From a virus (Duplodnaviria; Caudoviricetes), in IMG/VR virus record IMGVR_UViG_3300020045_006301, positions 1 through 41,176 of that record: DNA of 41,176 nucleotides. The stretch is one strand, 5' to 3'. Positions 9,531-19,547 of the stretch are shown here, piece after piece. A program made the translations under genes and the position numbers. Below the pieces are notes generated by a model. It worked only from the letters and a program-made list of their open reading frames with translations, made no database searches and was not told the DNA's origin. How positions within the stretch are numbered: position 1 is the stretch's first letter; each line of letters starts with the position of its first letter.

Positions 9531-9552
9531 CAAATATAAACATTAAATTTAA
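9531..9552 (-). promoter_or_regulatory. 22-bp promoter/operator motif, copy 1 (TTAAATTTAATGTTTATATTTG)
   Basis: Exact repeat; contains the Bacteroidota -7 element TAnnTTTG. Confidence 0.8.
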
Positions 9553-9598
9553 ATATTAGCTATAAATTAATATTTATTTTTAAAACTCAAATACATTT

Positions 9599-11161
9599 TT
9601 AAAAATCTAAATCATCATCAAATTCTCCTGCTGGAACTTCTTGAAACTGAATTTCTTGTTCCTGCTGTATTCTCAGTTTCTCCAAACGCTCCAGTTCTAT
9701 CTTTTCAGCTTTCTTTTCACGTGATGTAAAAATAGCATTTGCCCAACCTGGTTTATAACCTCTTTCGGACGCTAATTTTTTCAAGTCTTCCAAAGTTTCA
9801 GTTTTACCTTGTTCTTTTCGTTTTTCCTTACGAATTAAAGTTTCTGCTGTGATTTCCTGTAAATCGCCTTCAACCTGTTTAGGCGTAGTATCTCGTTTTT
9901 TATTCACGTGTCCGCACATTGGACAAACCGGAGCAGGTTCGTAAACGGCAAAACACGATTCGCACATATCTACTTTAACTGCAACTTCTTGGTTTTTTTT
10001 ACCTCGTTTCTTGGTTTCTCCGTCCAAAGTCCATTCCTGCACATCGTATGGTAATCCGTGGCGTTCTGTGTTTCCTACATGGTCCAGAATAAACGCATAC
10101 GGTTTTTCACTCGCTGCAATAGCTGCTAAACGTCCTTCACGTGTTTCTAAGTCAAAACCATCGGCATAAACAGGACGTAACACACGACCTCGTTGTTGAA
10201 AATTTAATCCCTTGCTTTGCGTTGGTCGTAATTCTATTGCCGTGGTTGCTCTAGGAATATCCGTTCCTTCTCCAATTAGGTCACAAGATGTTAGTCCGTC
10301 AACTGATCCGTTAGTAAGTCCATCTATAAGCTGTTTTCTTAAAACGTCATCTGTTCCACCGTCAATGGAGTAGAAACGATAACCAAAATTTCTAAATTCC
10401 TGCGCTACGTGTTCAGCATGAGCGACAGATGCGCAAAACACAATTGCAGGCGCATTGGGGCATAATTTACGATAATGAGCAACAGCGGAACCGATTATTT
10501 TTGGTTTATCAACTAAATTCGATAAATCATTTTTATTAAAATCTCCCATGCTGGTATGTACATCTGACAAATCCAATTTTTCAGGAGTTCCAAAAATACG
10601 GGGTCTGACTAAAAAGCCTTCATCCATTAACCATGGCATATTTTGACCTTCAATCAATTCGTCAAAAAGTCCACCGCAATTCCTGCCTAACCCTTGCCCG
10701 TCTGAACGGATTGGCGTTGCCGTTACACCGAGCGAATAAGCGTTTGGGAAGTATTCAATAATTTTCCTCCAACTACCAGCCGTGGCATGATGCGCCTCGT
10801 CTATTATTATTGTATCTGGTTCCCAATTGACAGCAGTTAGGTAATGAAGTCTTTTAATAATTGTTTGTACACTAGCCACCTGTACGTTTGCATTGAAATT
10901 TGGCGTGTAAGCTGGATTTATCATTCCGTGTTCTACATCAAACCGAGTTAAAGCTGCCGATGTTTGGCGCAGTAACTCAACACGATGCACAAGTATTAAA
11001 ACCCGTTTTTTTTTAAGTGATGATTGTTGTGCTATGTATGTGAATATAACAGTTTTTCCGCCTCCCGTTGGAAGTACGAGTAAAACGGATTTTATTAAAT
11101 TTCTGAAACATTCACGAACACCTGCAACACATTTGGTTTGATAGTTTCTGAGTTGTAGCAT
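9599..11161 (-). CDS. SF2 DEAD/DEAH-box helicase with C-terminal zinc ribbon
   Basis: LPTGGGKT, IIDEAHH, TATP, QQRGRVLR, CESC...CPMC. Confidence 0.9.
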   Translation of the reverse strand: MLQLRNYQTKCVAGVRECFRNLIKSVLLVLPTGGGKTVIFTYIAQQSSLKKKRVLILVHRVELLRQTSAALTRFDVEHGMINPAYTPNFNANVQVASVQTIIKRLHYLTAVNWEPDTIIIDEAHHATAGSWRKIIEYFPNAYSLGVTATPIRSDGQGLGRNCGGLFDELIEGQNMPWLMDEGFLVRPRIFGTPEKLDLSDVHTSMGDFNKNDLSNLVDKPKIIGSAVAHYRKLCPNAPAIVFCASVAHAEHVAQEFRNFGYRFYSIDGGTDDVLRKQLIDGLTNGSVDGLTSCDLIGEGTDIPRATTAIELRPTQSKGLNFQQRGRVLRPVYADGFDLETREGRLAAIAASEKPYAFILDHVGNTERHGLPYDVQEWTLDGETKKRGKKNQEVAVKVDMCESCFAVYEPAPVCPMCGHVNKKRDTTPKQVEGDLQEITAETLIRKEKRKEQGKTETLEDLKKLASERGYKPGWANAIFTSREKKAEKIELERLEKLRIQQEQEIQFQEVPAGEFDDDLDF

Positions 11162-11164
11162 AGG

Positions 11165-11338
11165 TTATTTTTCTGTTTTTTCCTCAAATGTTTCTAAAAA
11201 TCTCAGAGAATCTTCAGTTCCGTTTTTATAGCCTAAATTATAAATTTCTTTAGATGCTCTTAAAATAATTTGTCGCATCCAGTAAACAAAATATACCACG
11301 CCTATTATAGACAATATTATCAATATCGTTGTTTTCAT
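11165..11338 (-). CDS. Small membrane protein
   Basis: MKTTILIILSIIGVVYFVYW N-terminal TM helix; start reassigned to 11338. Confidence 0.55.
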   Translation of the reverse strand: MKTTILIILSIIGVVYFVYWMRQIILRASKEIYNLGYKNGTEDSLRFLETFEEKTEK

Positions 11339-11340
11339 TT

Positions 11341-11526
11341 TTATTTTTTTAATGATTTTGGTCTCCAATGCGTTTCTGTCTTTTCGATGTTATACGATAA
11401 CCAAAAACAGTTTCTAATGTATTTGGAATGTTTAGCGGTTTCAAGCCATCCATTACCGTCCACGTGATCTTTAACGAACTCCCAAAATTCGTGGTAAGCC
11501 GTTTCTAGTTCTTCAAGAGTGAACAT
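11341..11526 (-). CDS. Hypothetical protein
   Basis: 61-aa ORF, start overlaps the upstream stop. Confidence 0.6.
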   Translation of the reverse strand: MFTLEELETAYHEFWEFVKDHVDGNGWLETAKHSKYIRNCFWLSYNIEKTETHWRPKSLKK

Positions 11527-11720
11527 TATACTTCTTGTTTTTCGCTTAACACTTCGATAGCCGAATTTATTTTAGCTAATGTTTTGAAGGCTTTCGGGTC
11601 TTCTTTCCAATTCTGAACGGTTGTTTGAGGAACTTTTGCTTCTCTTAGCACATCGTAGATATTTAATCCTTTTGATTCGCATTTTTCACGAATAATTTCA
11701 ATTTGTGTTTTCGATTCCAT
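11526..11720 (-). CDS. Small Cro-like helix-turn-helix protein
   Basis: GLNIYDVLREAKVPQTTVQNWK HTH; first gene of the leftward operon at the divergence point. Confidence 0.65.
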   Translation of the reverse strand: MESKTQIEIIREKCESKGLNIYDVLREAKVPQTTVQNWKEDPKAFKTLAKINSAIEVLSEKQEV

Positions 11721-11744
11721 TTATATAGTGTTTTAATGTTATTG

Positions 11745-11766
11745 CAAATATAAACATTAAATTTAA
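11745..11766 (-). promoter_or_regulatory. 22-bp motif, copy 2, in the divergent control region
   Basis: Exact repeat; an opposite-strand TAGGTTTG -7 element lies at ~11800-11807. Confidence 0.8.
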
Positions 11767-11834
11767 TTAAAAAAGTTTTTTTATTCGAAAAGTTTGTTTT
11801 AGGTTTGCAGTAACATAAACATAAAAATATTATT

Positions 11835-12053
11835 ATGAACGCAAAAGATTTAATTAAAACTAGTAAAACATCTGAGGAAATATTTAAAGAAATCCAAGAT
11901 TCTAACAAAAACAATCCAAGTCATTTTAAATTCTTTATTCCTCATTTTATATTTGTATCAAACGACGCTATTGCAGATTTGTCAAGGATGGGATTTAAAG
12001 TTTCTCACGGCGAGTGGTTTCGTGGAGATACCGGATTAATAATCGAATGGTAA
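11835..12053 (+). CDS. Hypothetical protein
   Basis: 72-aa ORF with TAATG overlap into the next gene. Confidence 0.65.
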   Translation: MNAKDLIKTSKTSEEIFKEIQDSNKNNPSHFKFFIPHFIFVSNDAIADLSRMGFKVSHGEWFRGDTGLIIEW

Positions 12054-12853
12054 TGACTAACGAGCAATACCACTCTGACACGTCCAGTATTTCAAAATCT
12101 GGATTGGACAAAATAGAATCCAGCCCATTGGATTATTGGTGGCATTATTTACGACCTGAACGAGAGGATTTTGTACCAACCAAAGAAATGAAATTTGGAA
12201 CTGCTGTGCATTATGCAGTTTTAGAACCGAATGAATTTCAAAAAAAATACGTTCCGATGCCTACAATTGATAAGCGAACAAATATCGGTAAAGCTGAATT
12301 TGCTTCCCTAACATCTATGTGTGAAGCGAATAATCAAACACTTATAGACGTGACGGATTTCGACAACGTAAGACGTATGCGTGATGCTATTTTTAAGCAT
12401 CCAACGGCAAAATTATTGTTCCAAAACGGCTTAGCAGAAAAAACGTTTATGTTTCAAGAGCCAAATACAGGCGCAAATTGTAAAATACGTCCTGATTGGC
12501 TCGATAACACCAGCGGTTTGATTGTGGACTTAAAAACAACAGAAGATGCAACACCAAACGGTTTTGGTAAGTCGGCATGGGAATATAAGTATTATAAACA
12601 AGACCCGTTTTACTTAGATGGCTTAGAGGTTTGTGGAAATGACCGTTCTGGTTTTGTTTTTGTAAACATCGAAAAAACAGAACCTTTCAAAATCGGTATT
12701 CATTACATGGATAATCGAAGCAGGCAATTAGGACGTGACGAATATTTGCGTAACTGCGAAACATACGTTCGTTGCCTGGAAACTGGAATTTGGAAAGGAT
12801 ATGACGAAAAAATAAGTGAAGTATCATTGCCTGCATGGGCGTTTAATAAGTAA
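12053..12853 (+). CDS. RecE/exonuclease VIII-like PD-(D/E)xK nuclease (DUF3799)
   Basis: YHSDTSSISKSGLD, FGTAVHYAVLEP, CKIRPDWL, IVDLKTT. Confidence 0.85.
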   Translation: MTNEQYHSDTSSISKSGLDKIESSPLDYWWHYLRPEREDFVPTKEMKFGTAVHYAVLEPNEFQKKYVPMPTIDKRTNIGKAEFASLTSMCEANNQTLIDVTDFDNVRRMRDAIFKHPTAKLLFQNGLAEKTFMFQEPNTGANCKIRPDWLDNTSGLIVDLKTTEDATPNGFGKSAWEYKYYKQDPFYLDGLEVCGNDRSGFVFVNIEKTEPFKIGIHYMDNRSRQLGRDEYLRNCETYVRCLETGIWKGYDEKISEVSLPAWAFNK

Positions 12854-12856
12854 GTT

Positions 12857-13066
12857 ATGAAAACAGGCGATAAAATATCTAAGAATTTCGTTTTAGATAA
12901 TCAAATAGCAGACATGCAAGAATTAGCCATGGTTTTAACCTCTCAAGAATCAATATATTGGAGGCATAGAATAACATCTAGTGCTTTTATCATGGGCTGG
13001 CCATTCAGAACACTAATGAATAGCGTTAATGCAGGTGTTTTCTGGACAATAAAAAAAAATAAATAA
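12857..13066 (+). CDS. Hypothetical protein
   Basis: 69-aa ORF packed in the operon. Confidence 0.6.
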   Translation: MKTGDKISKNFVLDNQIADMQELAMVLTSQESIYWRHRITSSAFIMGWPFRTLMNSVNAGVFWTIKKNK

Positions 13067-13069
13067 ATC

Positions 13070-14262
13070 ATGAATTTACCTCAAAACTTATCCAAGAAAC
13101 AAATTGAATTTATAGAAGCCGGATTAAATGGCGATAATATATTTTTGACAGGAAAGGCAGGTACTGGAAAATCGTTTGTTACTAAAGAATTAATACGATT
13201 ACTAACTAAACAACGTAAAAATGTAGTTGCTTTAGCTCCAACAGGAATTGCAGCAAACAACGTAAATGGAGCAACTATACATTCAACGTTTTCATTACCC
13301 CCTTTCGGAGTACTTACATTTAAAGAATGCAATTTCGTTAAGCCTACAAAGCGAAAGCTTTTTGACATTATAGATACTATCCTAATAGACGAGGTATCTA
13401 TGCTACGTCCCGATATTTTAGACGGCATACACTGGACTTTAATAAAAAACGGTTGCAAGGATTTAACACAGATTCAAATTATATTTATTGGAGATATGGC
13501 ACAACTTGGAATTGTTGCCGATGACAATATGGTTTCCGTAATGCTTAAAGAATACGGAGGCACTACATTTGATTTTGCTAATATCTATAAAAAAATAAAC
13601 GTTGTTAAAATCGAACTTGACGAAGTTTTAAGACAATCAGATAGTGAATTTATTGAAAATTTGAACATTGTCAGAAACGGCAAAAAATCTGAGTATTTCA
13701 GAAAGTTTGTGAAAAACGAGGCTAACGGAATTGTTTTAGCTCCGCACAATGCCACGGTTGAAAGATATAATTTTCAAGGACTAAATTCATTGGAGGGAGA
13801 AAAACACGTTTTCACAGCTGAAATTGAAGGCAATTTAAAAGCTACTGACTTTAAAATCTTGACCCAATAATTACAGTTAAGGACGGTTCAAAAATAATGT
13901 ACTTAGCGAACAGTAAAAACAATCCTCTGGTTAACGGAACATTAGGGGTGTTTATAGTGAATAATGGACAGTATTTTATAGAAGTAAAAGGAGAACATTA
14001 CGCATTGGAACAAAAAAAATTCTCCAAAAAAGATTATGTTTTCAATGAAGAGCTAGGAATGTTGGAATTGAAAGACTTAGGGTCAATCACACAGTACCCA
14101 ATAAAACTAGCCTATGCATTAACAATTCACAAATCACAAGGGCTTACTTTCGACGAAGTAACGGTTGATTTAACCTTACCATGTTTCGCAAAAGGGCAAA
14201 TGTATGTTGCTTTAAGTAGGGTTACAAAACCAGAAGGGTTAACAATAATAACTAAAAAATAA
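13070..14262 (+). pseudogene. PIF1/RecD-like SF1B helicase split by a frameshift at ~13853-13870
   Basis: TGKAGTGKS, APTGIAA, IDEVSM, GDMAQL and RQSD in ORF1; [14 protein letters not shown] and YVALSR in ORF2; the second frame is open from 13855 ([17 protein letters not shown]). Confidence 0.8.
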
Positions 14263-14301
14263 TAATTTAATTTCTAACGGTGGCGACCAACGCAAAATAT
14301 T

Positions 14302-14685
14302 ATGGCAGAAATAAACGTAATTGGAAAAGTAAAGTACATAGGGGAAGAACAACAAGTATCTCCATCTTTTGTGAAACAAGAATTAGTTGTCACTACTGAT
14401 GAGCAGTATCCGCAACACATATTAATTAATTTTACTCAAGGTAATTGCAGTCAACTAGATACGATTAAAATTGGCGACCAGGTAAATGTATCTATTAATT
14501 TAAGGGGTCGTGAATGGGTAAATCCACAAGGAGAAACCAGATATTTTAACGATATTCAAGGATGGAGATTATCACGCCAGTCTCCTGCCGTATTGCCAAC
14601 ACAGCCAGCACCACAACAACCTACGATGCCAATTAATCAGGCTACGACCAATTTTACAGAAGAAGCAGACGATCTTCCGTTTTAA
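14302..14685 (+). CDS. DUF3127 OB-fold ssDNA-binding-like protein (Bacteroidota)
   Basis: TDEQYPQHI, INLRGREW, YFNDIQGW; acidic DDLPF tail. Confidence 0.85.
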   Translation: MAEINVIGKVKYIGEEQQVSPSFVKQELVVTTDEQYPQHILINFTQGNCSQLDTIKIGDQVNVSINLRGREWVNPQGETRYFNDIQGWRLSRQSPAVLPTQPAPQQPTMPINQATTNFTEEADDLPF

Positions 14686-14710
14686 TTTTTAATTTTAAAA
14701 AACTTATCAA

Positions 14711-15421
14711 ATGAATAATGAAATAGCAGTATTAAACGAATCGCAAGGTGTATCTGTTTTTAACAGTATGCAGTCTTTTGAGCAAGCGCAAAGAATGGTT
14801 GTGCCACTTATGCAATCAACTATGGTTCCAGAAACTTACAGAGGTAGCGCAGCCAATTGCATGGTAGCAATGGAAATGTCGCATCGTATAAAAATATCGG
14901 TTTTGGAGGTTATGCAAAATATGCAAATCGTGAAAGGAAATGTAGGATGGAAGTCAGAGTACGTGATCAACAAAATCAATTCTTCCGGACTATTCGAGGA
15001 CGCTTTGGAGTTCGTTTTTTCAGACGATAGAGAATCATGTTATGCTATTGCTACCAGGAAATCGAACGGAAAGCAACTAAGAAGCACAACCGTTACAATG
15101 GTAATGGCAAAAGCTGAAGGATGGTTAGATAAAAACGGCTCCAAATGGAAGACTATGCCGGAACAAATGTTAATGTATCGTGCAGCAACTTTCTTTTGCC
15201 GTGTGTATTGCCCCGAAGTTCTTGCGGGTGTTCAAACCTCTGATGAAATTATTGATATTGGATATGTAGAACCTACAAGTAATTCGGCTGTAGAAAAAAT
15301 AAACAACACCGTGGTAAGTGATCCTATTGTTTACGAAACGTTCACAGAAGTAAACGAAAACACGGTTACCATTTCAGAAACTAAAACTGCTGAAATTATC
15401 GATGATGATGATGATTTTTAG
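14711..15421 (+). CDS. RecT-like ssDNA annealing protein
   Basis: MVPETYRG, VMQNMQIVKG, SKWKTMPEQMLMYRAATFF; co-operonic with the RecE-like nuclease. Confidence 0.75.
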   Translation: MNNEIAVLNESQGVSVFNSMQSFEQAQRMVVPLMQSTMVPETYRGSAANCMVAMEMSHRIKISVLEVMQNMQIVKGNVGWKSEYVINKINSSGLFEDALEFVFSDDRESCYAIATRKSNGKQLRSTTVTMVMAKAEGWLDKNGSKWKTMPEQMLMYRAATFFCRVYCPEVLAGVQTSDEIIDIGYVEPTSNSAVEKINNTVVSDPIVYETFTEVNENTVTISETKTAEIIDDDDDF

Positions 15422-15480
15422 GAATAAAAAACATATCTTTACAGTCGATAGGTTTTGGTAAATTTTTTGATTATGTAATT

Positions 15481-15506
15481 AAACACGCTTTTGGGCGTGT
15501 TTTTTT
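15481..15506 (+). terminator. Intrinsic terminator of the recombination operon
   Basis: AAACACGCT-TTTG-GGCGTGTTT followed by a T-tract. Confidence 0.8.
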
Positions 15507-15512
15507 ATGTAC

Positions 15513-15541
15513 AAAAAAACCGATAAATTAATTATCGGTTT
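15513..15541 (-). terminator. Intrinsic terminator of the late operon, overlapping the endolysin stop
   Basis: AAACCGATAA / TTATCGGTTT with T7 on the minus strand. Confidence 0.7.
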
Positions 15542-16112
15542 CTGAAAATTTGAAATCATCCAGTCTGTTAAGCCAACCTGCTAAATACCGTTTTTGAGTA
15601 TCCCTCATTATTTCTTTTTGAGTCGCTTTTCTGCCAATTTCTTTTTCATATTTTAAAACGGAATTATTAGCAATATCGTAAAAAAACCTTTTTCTAGCTT
15701 CAAAGAGTTCATTGAACAACTTTTTCTGATCTACCAAATTAACGGCCATTATTGTTTGATTCCCGACAACACCGTCTTCTTTAATTTTTAATACTCTTTG
15801 AGGTATTTTTATGCCCCAGGAACCAGAAGTAAAAACCCAGTCAACAAGCAAATTTGCCACCGATTGATTTATAATTCTGTTAGCTTGCCAACGGTTCCAA
15901 TATACTTTCAAAACACAACCAAAATCACGTTCGTCAAGCAATCTTATGTCCTGTACATCAATATCCCCGTCACCGTCTTTGTCGTAGCCTATTTGCTTCC
16001 ATGTGCCGATAGTAATACCCATGTTGGTAGCACCGCCTTTGTCTGTGGGGTCGTTAACGAATCCCGCTTCCCATTTCGCCACAATAGGCGATAATTTATT
16101 TATTTCTGCCAT
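15528..16112 (-). CDS. Endolysin, glycoside hydrolase family 108 + peptidoglycan-binding domain
   Basis: WEAGFVNDPTDKGGATNMGIT; DGVVGNQT; QKRYLAGWLNR. Confidence 0.9.
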   Translation of the reverse strand: MAEINKLSPIVAKWEAGFVNDPTDKGGATNMGITIGTWKQIGYDKDGDGDIDVQDIRLLDERDFGCVLKVYWNRWQANRIINQSVANLLVDWVFTSGSWGIKIPQRVLKIKEDGVVGNQTIMAVNLVDQKKLFNELFEARKRFFYDIANNSVLKYEKEIGRKATQKEIMRDTQKRYLAGWLNRLDDFKFSETDN

Positions 16113-16113
16113 T

Positions 16114-16578
16114 TTATAAAGGTGTTAAAGTATAATCGAAATTTAAATTTTGAGCAAATCCAGTTACTTCGCTAACAATTAAAGTGAATCCAGTAGCTGT
16201 TTTGGCTCTGACCATCCACGTACATTGAATGTCGTTAGTATAATCCATACTTAAAGACACTAAGCATCCGTTTACCATGTAATTTGAAGTACCTACAGTT
16301 GTAAACGTTACATTAATTACTTTGTTTCCAGCTATATCTCCAACAGATACAGTTCCTTTTTTAAGGAAGAGTAAAAAACTGGTAGATGCAATCCATGTAT
16401 TAATATTAGTTATCGCTGTGTTAATCACAGCTATAGCGTCATACAGCCATCTAGTTCTATTCCCTAGTAGTCTAGCTTGCTCATTTGAAATACCTCCTGC
16501 TCCCGCCTCTACAGAATCCGTAGTTTCTAACTGATAAATACCGCTTTCCCATGTTGATGTTTCTGTTAAATTTGCCAT
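16114..16578 (-). CDS. Short tail fibre/adaptor protein
   Basis: MANLTETSTWESGIYQLETTDSVEAGAGGISNEQARLLGNRT baseplate-attachment motif; small beta-rich C-terminal domain. Confidence 0.7.
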   Translation of the reverse strand: MANLTETSTWESGIYQLETTDSVEAGAGGISNEQARLLGNRTRWLYDAIAVINTAITNINTWIASTSFLLFLKKGTVSVGDIAGNKVINVTFTTVGTSNYMVNGCLVSLSMDYTNDIQCTWMVRAKTATGFTLIVSEVTGFAQNLNFDYTLTPL

Positions 16579-16588
16579 ATTCTAATTG

Positions 16589-17023
16589 TTAAAATGAAAT
16601 TGTCCAGCTACCATTTAAAATGATGTCTGAATTCTTATCGATTAAAGCCCTTGTTTTTCGAGCAAAAAGAGTATTATCGGTACATAAAATTCCAACTTCA
16701 CGAATTCCAATACCGTTGCCTTCAGAAGCTCCTAGTGTCCACGCAAAACTAACACTGGAAATAGTTGGATATGTTACAGCCCCAAGTGCTTTGGTGAACG
16801 CCCCTGTTATTGCTGTATCGCTTCCTGCGGGTGCATTTCCGTTTGTTCCGAATGAAATTTTAGTTAATTGTTTTCCGGAAGTTCCTGCGCCCAGTAAATT
16901 TGTAACAGCTGTACGTCCACCATTGACAACTAAATTATTGTCGGTGTAAACTTCTAAAATTTCGCCTGTTTTGGCGCAAATTTTTTCGAGATAAAAAACA
17001 CCTTTTATTTGTAATTTTTCCAT
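16589..17023 (-). CDS. Tail-collar fibre-like baseplate protein
   Basis: NLVVNGG, EGNGIGIREVGIL, TLFARKT, WTISF. Confidence 0.7.
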   Translation of the reverse strand: MEKLQIKGVFYLEKICAKTGEILEVYTDNNLVVNGGRTAVTNLLGAGTSGKQLTKISFGTNGNAPAGSDTAITGAFTKALGAVTYPTISSVSFAWTLGASEGNGIGIREVGILCTDNTLFARKTRALIDKNSDIILNGSWTISF

Positions 17024-17026
17024 AGG

Positions 17027-17698
17027 TTATGCTATATTAATGATTAATGTGTCGTTTGATTCAATGTATTTTTGTGATCCATCATAATTATATGTTCCAT
17101 CGTAAAAAAATGATTTATGACCTAAATCCTCAAGTAAAGCAGGAGATTCATAAGTGATATTTAGCGTATCAAATAATTGTTCTATGGTATCAAAGATACC
17201 TATTTTATAAGATATGCCTTCAAGGTAAGAGCGAACATTTTTATATTCACGAATTAGTTTAGCCAAGTTAGATTGCGAAACTCCATCAAGTCCAACAGTA
17301 TCCCCTAATTCTGAATCAATGGAAAATCTAGCCCAATCAATAGACGGGTCGCCCATATCAATTCCTTCATTCAAAACAGCATCAGTATAACCGCAAATGC
17401 GCATTGCTTCACGAATAGCATAAACAGTACCCATGTATCGTTTTAACTCAATAGCTCGTTTAATTATTTCTCTACGTTGTGCATCATTTGTTGCCATTCC
17501 GTAACCAACAAATCCTTCAACATCGAATTGACGTGCTAAAGTCGGTAACGCAGAAGCCGAAACTGAATCTATAACATACACTAAAAGAGCTTCTAATTCG
17601 ATGGTATTCATACGAGATGCAACCATGGCATCGAACGCAGCTAAATGCGGAACACCTGCAATAGAATCGGCTAAAATGTTTTCGTTAGTTTGGCTCAT
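17027..17698 (-). CDS. Baseplate tail protein, P2 GpI-like
   Basis: ALPTLARQF, RREIIKRAIELKRYMGT, YKNVRS. Confidence 0.8.
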   Translation of the reverse strand: MSQTNENILADSIAGVPHLAAFDAMVASRMNTIELEALLVYVIDSVSASALPTLARQFDVEGFVGYGMATNDAQRREIIKRAIELKRYMGTVYAIREAMRICGYTDAVLNEGIDMGDPSIDWARFSIDSELGDTVGLDGVSQSNLAKLIREYKNVRSYLEGISYKIGIFDTIEQLFDTLNITYESPALLEDLGHKSFFYDGTYNYDGSQKYIESNDTLIINIA

Positions 17699-17877
17699 TT
17701 GTATATTTCTGGATGGATTCTTCTCAATAATCTAAGACTTAATAAAGCTTGCAATTTATGAATAGCTTCGCACCACTCCTGAGTATCTTTAACCTCTTCC
17801 AATTCTAAGTATAAATTATGCGCTTCTACTATTTTATTAAGAACTTCTTTTTCTTTTTCAGTCAACACTTTACTCAT
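17695..17877 (-). CDS. Hypothetical 60-aa protein between the J and I genes
   Basis: ATGA overlap with the GpI-like gene. Confidence 0.6.
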   Translation of the reverse strand: MSKVLTEKEKEVLNKIVEAHNLYLELEEVKDTQEWCEAIHKLQALLSLRLLRRIHPEIYK

Positions 17878-17879
17878 AA

Positions 17880-18986
17880 TTACCCAACGTTAGTACCTGT
17901 CACGGTCACGTTAATACTTGTGATATTTGCAAACTGCGTTTCAGTTATTACCAAGTCAGTTGCAGGAACAGTCACGTTTGCTTTATAAACACCGTCAATC
18001 ATACACAACGCTTTTATTTGGTCAATAACAACATCCTGTCCTAATAATTTACGTCTGCCATCTCTGAAAGCTTCCAAATTAGAAATTACTACTGGTAAAA
18101 TATCGCCTTGTACAGCTCCATCATATAGAATTAACCCAACTGTTATTGCGGTATCTACAGACGTTGGCGAAGTTACAATAACGGTATCAGTTAACGGCCT
18201 TATTCTTTCAGAAGATAAAACAGCTTCTACAGCTTCCAATATTTCACTTGGTGTAGTTGCTAAATTTGCCATCAAAGGAAAAATTTCAACAGTTCCAGGA
18301 ATCGGATTTGTTACAGCTACATCAATTATTGAAGGCGAAGTTGATTTAGTCCAAAATTCGTAAGCTTTGTAACTTCCTGCATTCGAAAATGCCGAAGGAG
18401 CTAATTTAATACGGTCACGCAATTGTTCGTCTGTTTCTTCATCTGAACCGCCAGCAGTAACCGAAGTATTTGAAGCAGTCGCTAAATACGGTTGCGGGTC
18501 TAAAATTACTGAAATAGTACCTATAGCGTAATCATTACTTGATTTTCCAGCTAATTGAGCGATAAATGTTGCTGAAACCGTATCAACACCAGTCAAAACA
18601 GCAGTGTCTTCCACTAGTTCAAAAACCGCACGTCCATCGGTGGAATTTACACGTAATCCAGCAGGTATAACAACATCTCCATGTCCAGCTACCAGTGTTA
18701 ATAACAAGGTTGTTTCTGCTAACGCAGCAGGTAGACGAACTACCCCTACCAAAACTCCTAAATTGTCCAACATAGGAAATCTAGCATAATCAACAAGGTT
18801 TTGCAACGAAGCGTCCTGTATCTGATTTCTAAGCAACAGTTCACGGTATGCAAAGGCATTGATTAAAAGCGTTTCGACTTGAGCAGGTTCTAAAGTTCTG
18901 CCAGTTCTCAACTCATAATCAGCGACCATTTCGTTAACGATCGTTGTAGCGTCTCTGTTTATAAAATCAGGTATTGGTAATGCCAT
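17880..18986 (-). CDS. Baseplate J-like protein
   Basis: LDNLGVLVGVVRL, GGSDEETDEQLRDRI, FSNAGSYKAY, IRPLTD. Confidence 0.9.
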   Translation of the reverse strand: MALPIPDFINRDATTIVNEMVADYELRTGRTLEPAQVETLLINAFAYRELLLRNQIQDASLQNLVDYARFPMLDNLGVLVGVVRLPAALAETTLLLTLVAGHGDVVIPAGLRVNSTDGRAVFELVEDTAVLTGVDTVSATFIAQLAGKSSNDYAIGTISVILDPQPYLATASNTSVTAGGSDEETDEQLRDRIKLAPSAFSNAGSYKAYEFWTKSTSPSIIDVAVTNPIPGTVEIFPLMANLATTPSEILEAVEAVLSSERIRPLTDTVIVTSPTSVDTAITVGLILYDGAVQGDILPVVISNLEAFRDGRRKLLGQDVVIDQIKALCMIDGVYKANVTVPATDLVITETQFANITSINVTVTGTNVG

Positions 18987-18990
18987 TATT

Positions 18991-19263
18991 TTATTTATTG
19001 AAATAATTAAACAATAAGCCTACAAAACCAGTACCCAGTAATGATGCTAAAAAAATTATAATTCTCATGTAAACATCATTCTTTATTTTGCTTTCGACAA
19101 ACCTATCCATGCGTTTTTCCTGCATGTCTTGTCTTAAATTAAAGGCTTTCATTTTGCCTACAAGCCCGTCATCTCCAGATAAAGGACTTCCTAATAAAGC
19201 TGTTTTAATTTCAGCGATGTCTTTTTCTATTTGGAGCATAGTAGTATTTTCGTGCTGGTTCAT
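18991..19263 (-). CDS. Coiled-coil + C-terminal TM protein (holin/XhlA-like candidate)
   Basis: Coiled-coil then IIIFLASLLGTGFVGLLF. Confidence 0.5.
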   Translation of the reverse strand: MNQHENTTMLQIEKDIAEIKTALLGSPLSGDDGLVGKMKAFNLRQDMQEKRMDRFVESKIKNDVYMRIIIFLASLLGTGFVGLLFNYFNK

Positions 19264-19314
19264 ACTTTTTTCAAATTAAGCCACAAGATACGAATATTTT
19301 ATGGCTAATTAAAT

Positions 19315-19509
19315 TTATTTTTCTACAGATTCAGGTTTTAAAGATTTACTGAAAGCTGTCCAAAAAATACCAAGCAACAAAACTATTTTTGTTGCCTTTG
19401 GCGAAACCCCTAATTCAGCCAATAATCCTGCATTTTCTGCAAAAACTGAATACGCTGTATCCAAAAACGCACCCAACGTAATGAGCCATGTAATTAATCT
19501 TGTTTTCAT
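19315..19509 (-). CDS. Holin candidate with two TM segments
   Basis: 64 aa, two hydrophobic stretches, charged C-terminus. Confidence 0.5.
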   Translation of the reverse strand: MKTRLITWLITLGAFLDTAYSVFAENAGLLAELGVSPKATKIVLLLGIFWTAFSKSLKPESVEK

Positions 19510-19547
19510 TTTTATATTTGTTTTAAATTATTAATGTGCTGTATTTA

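Noticed and set aside
11526-11835. Classical CI/Cro lysogeny switch
   Set aside because: Only one small HTH gene is present; no CI-like repressor or integrase is in the window, so lifestyle cannot be called.
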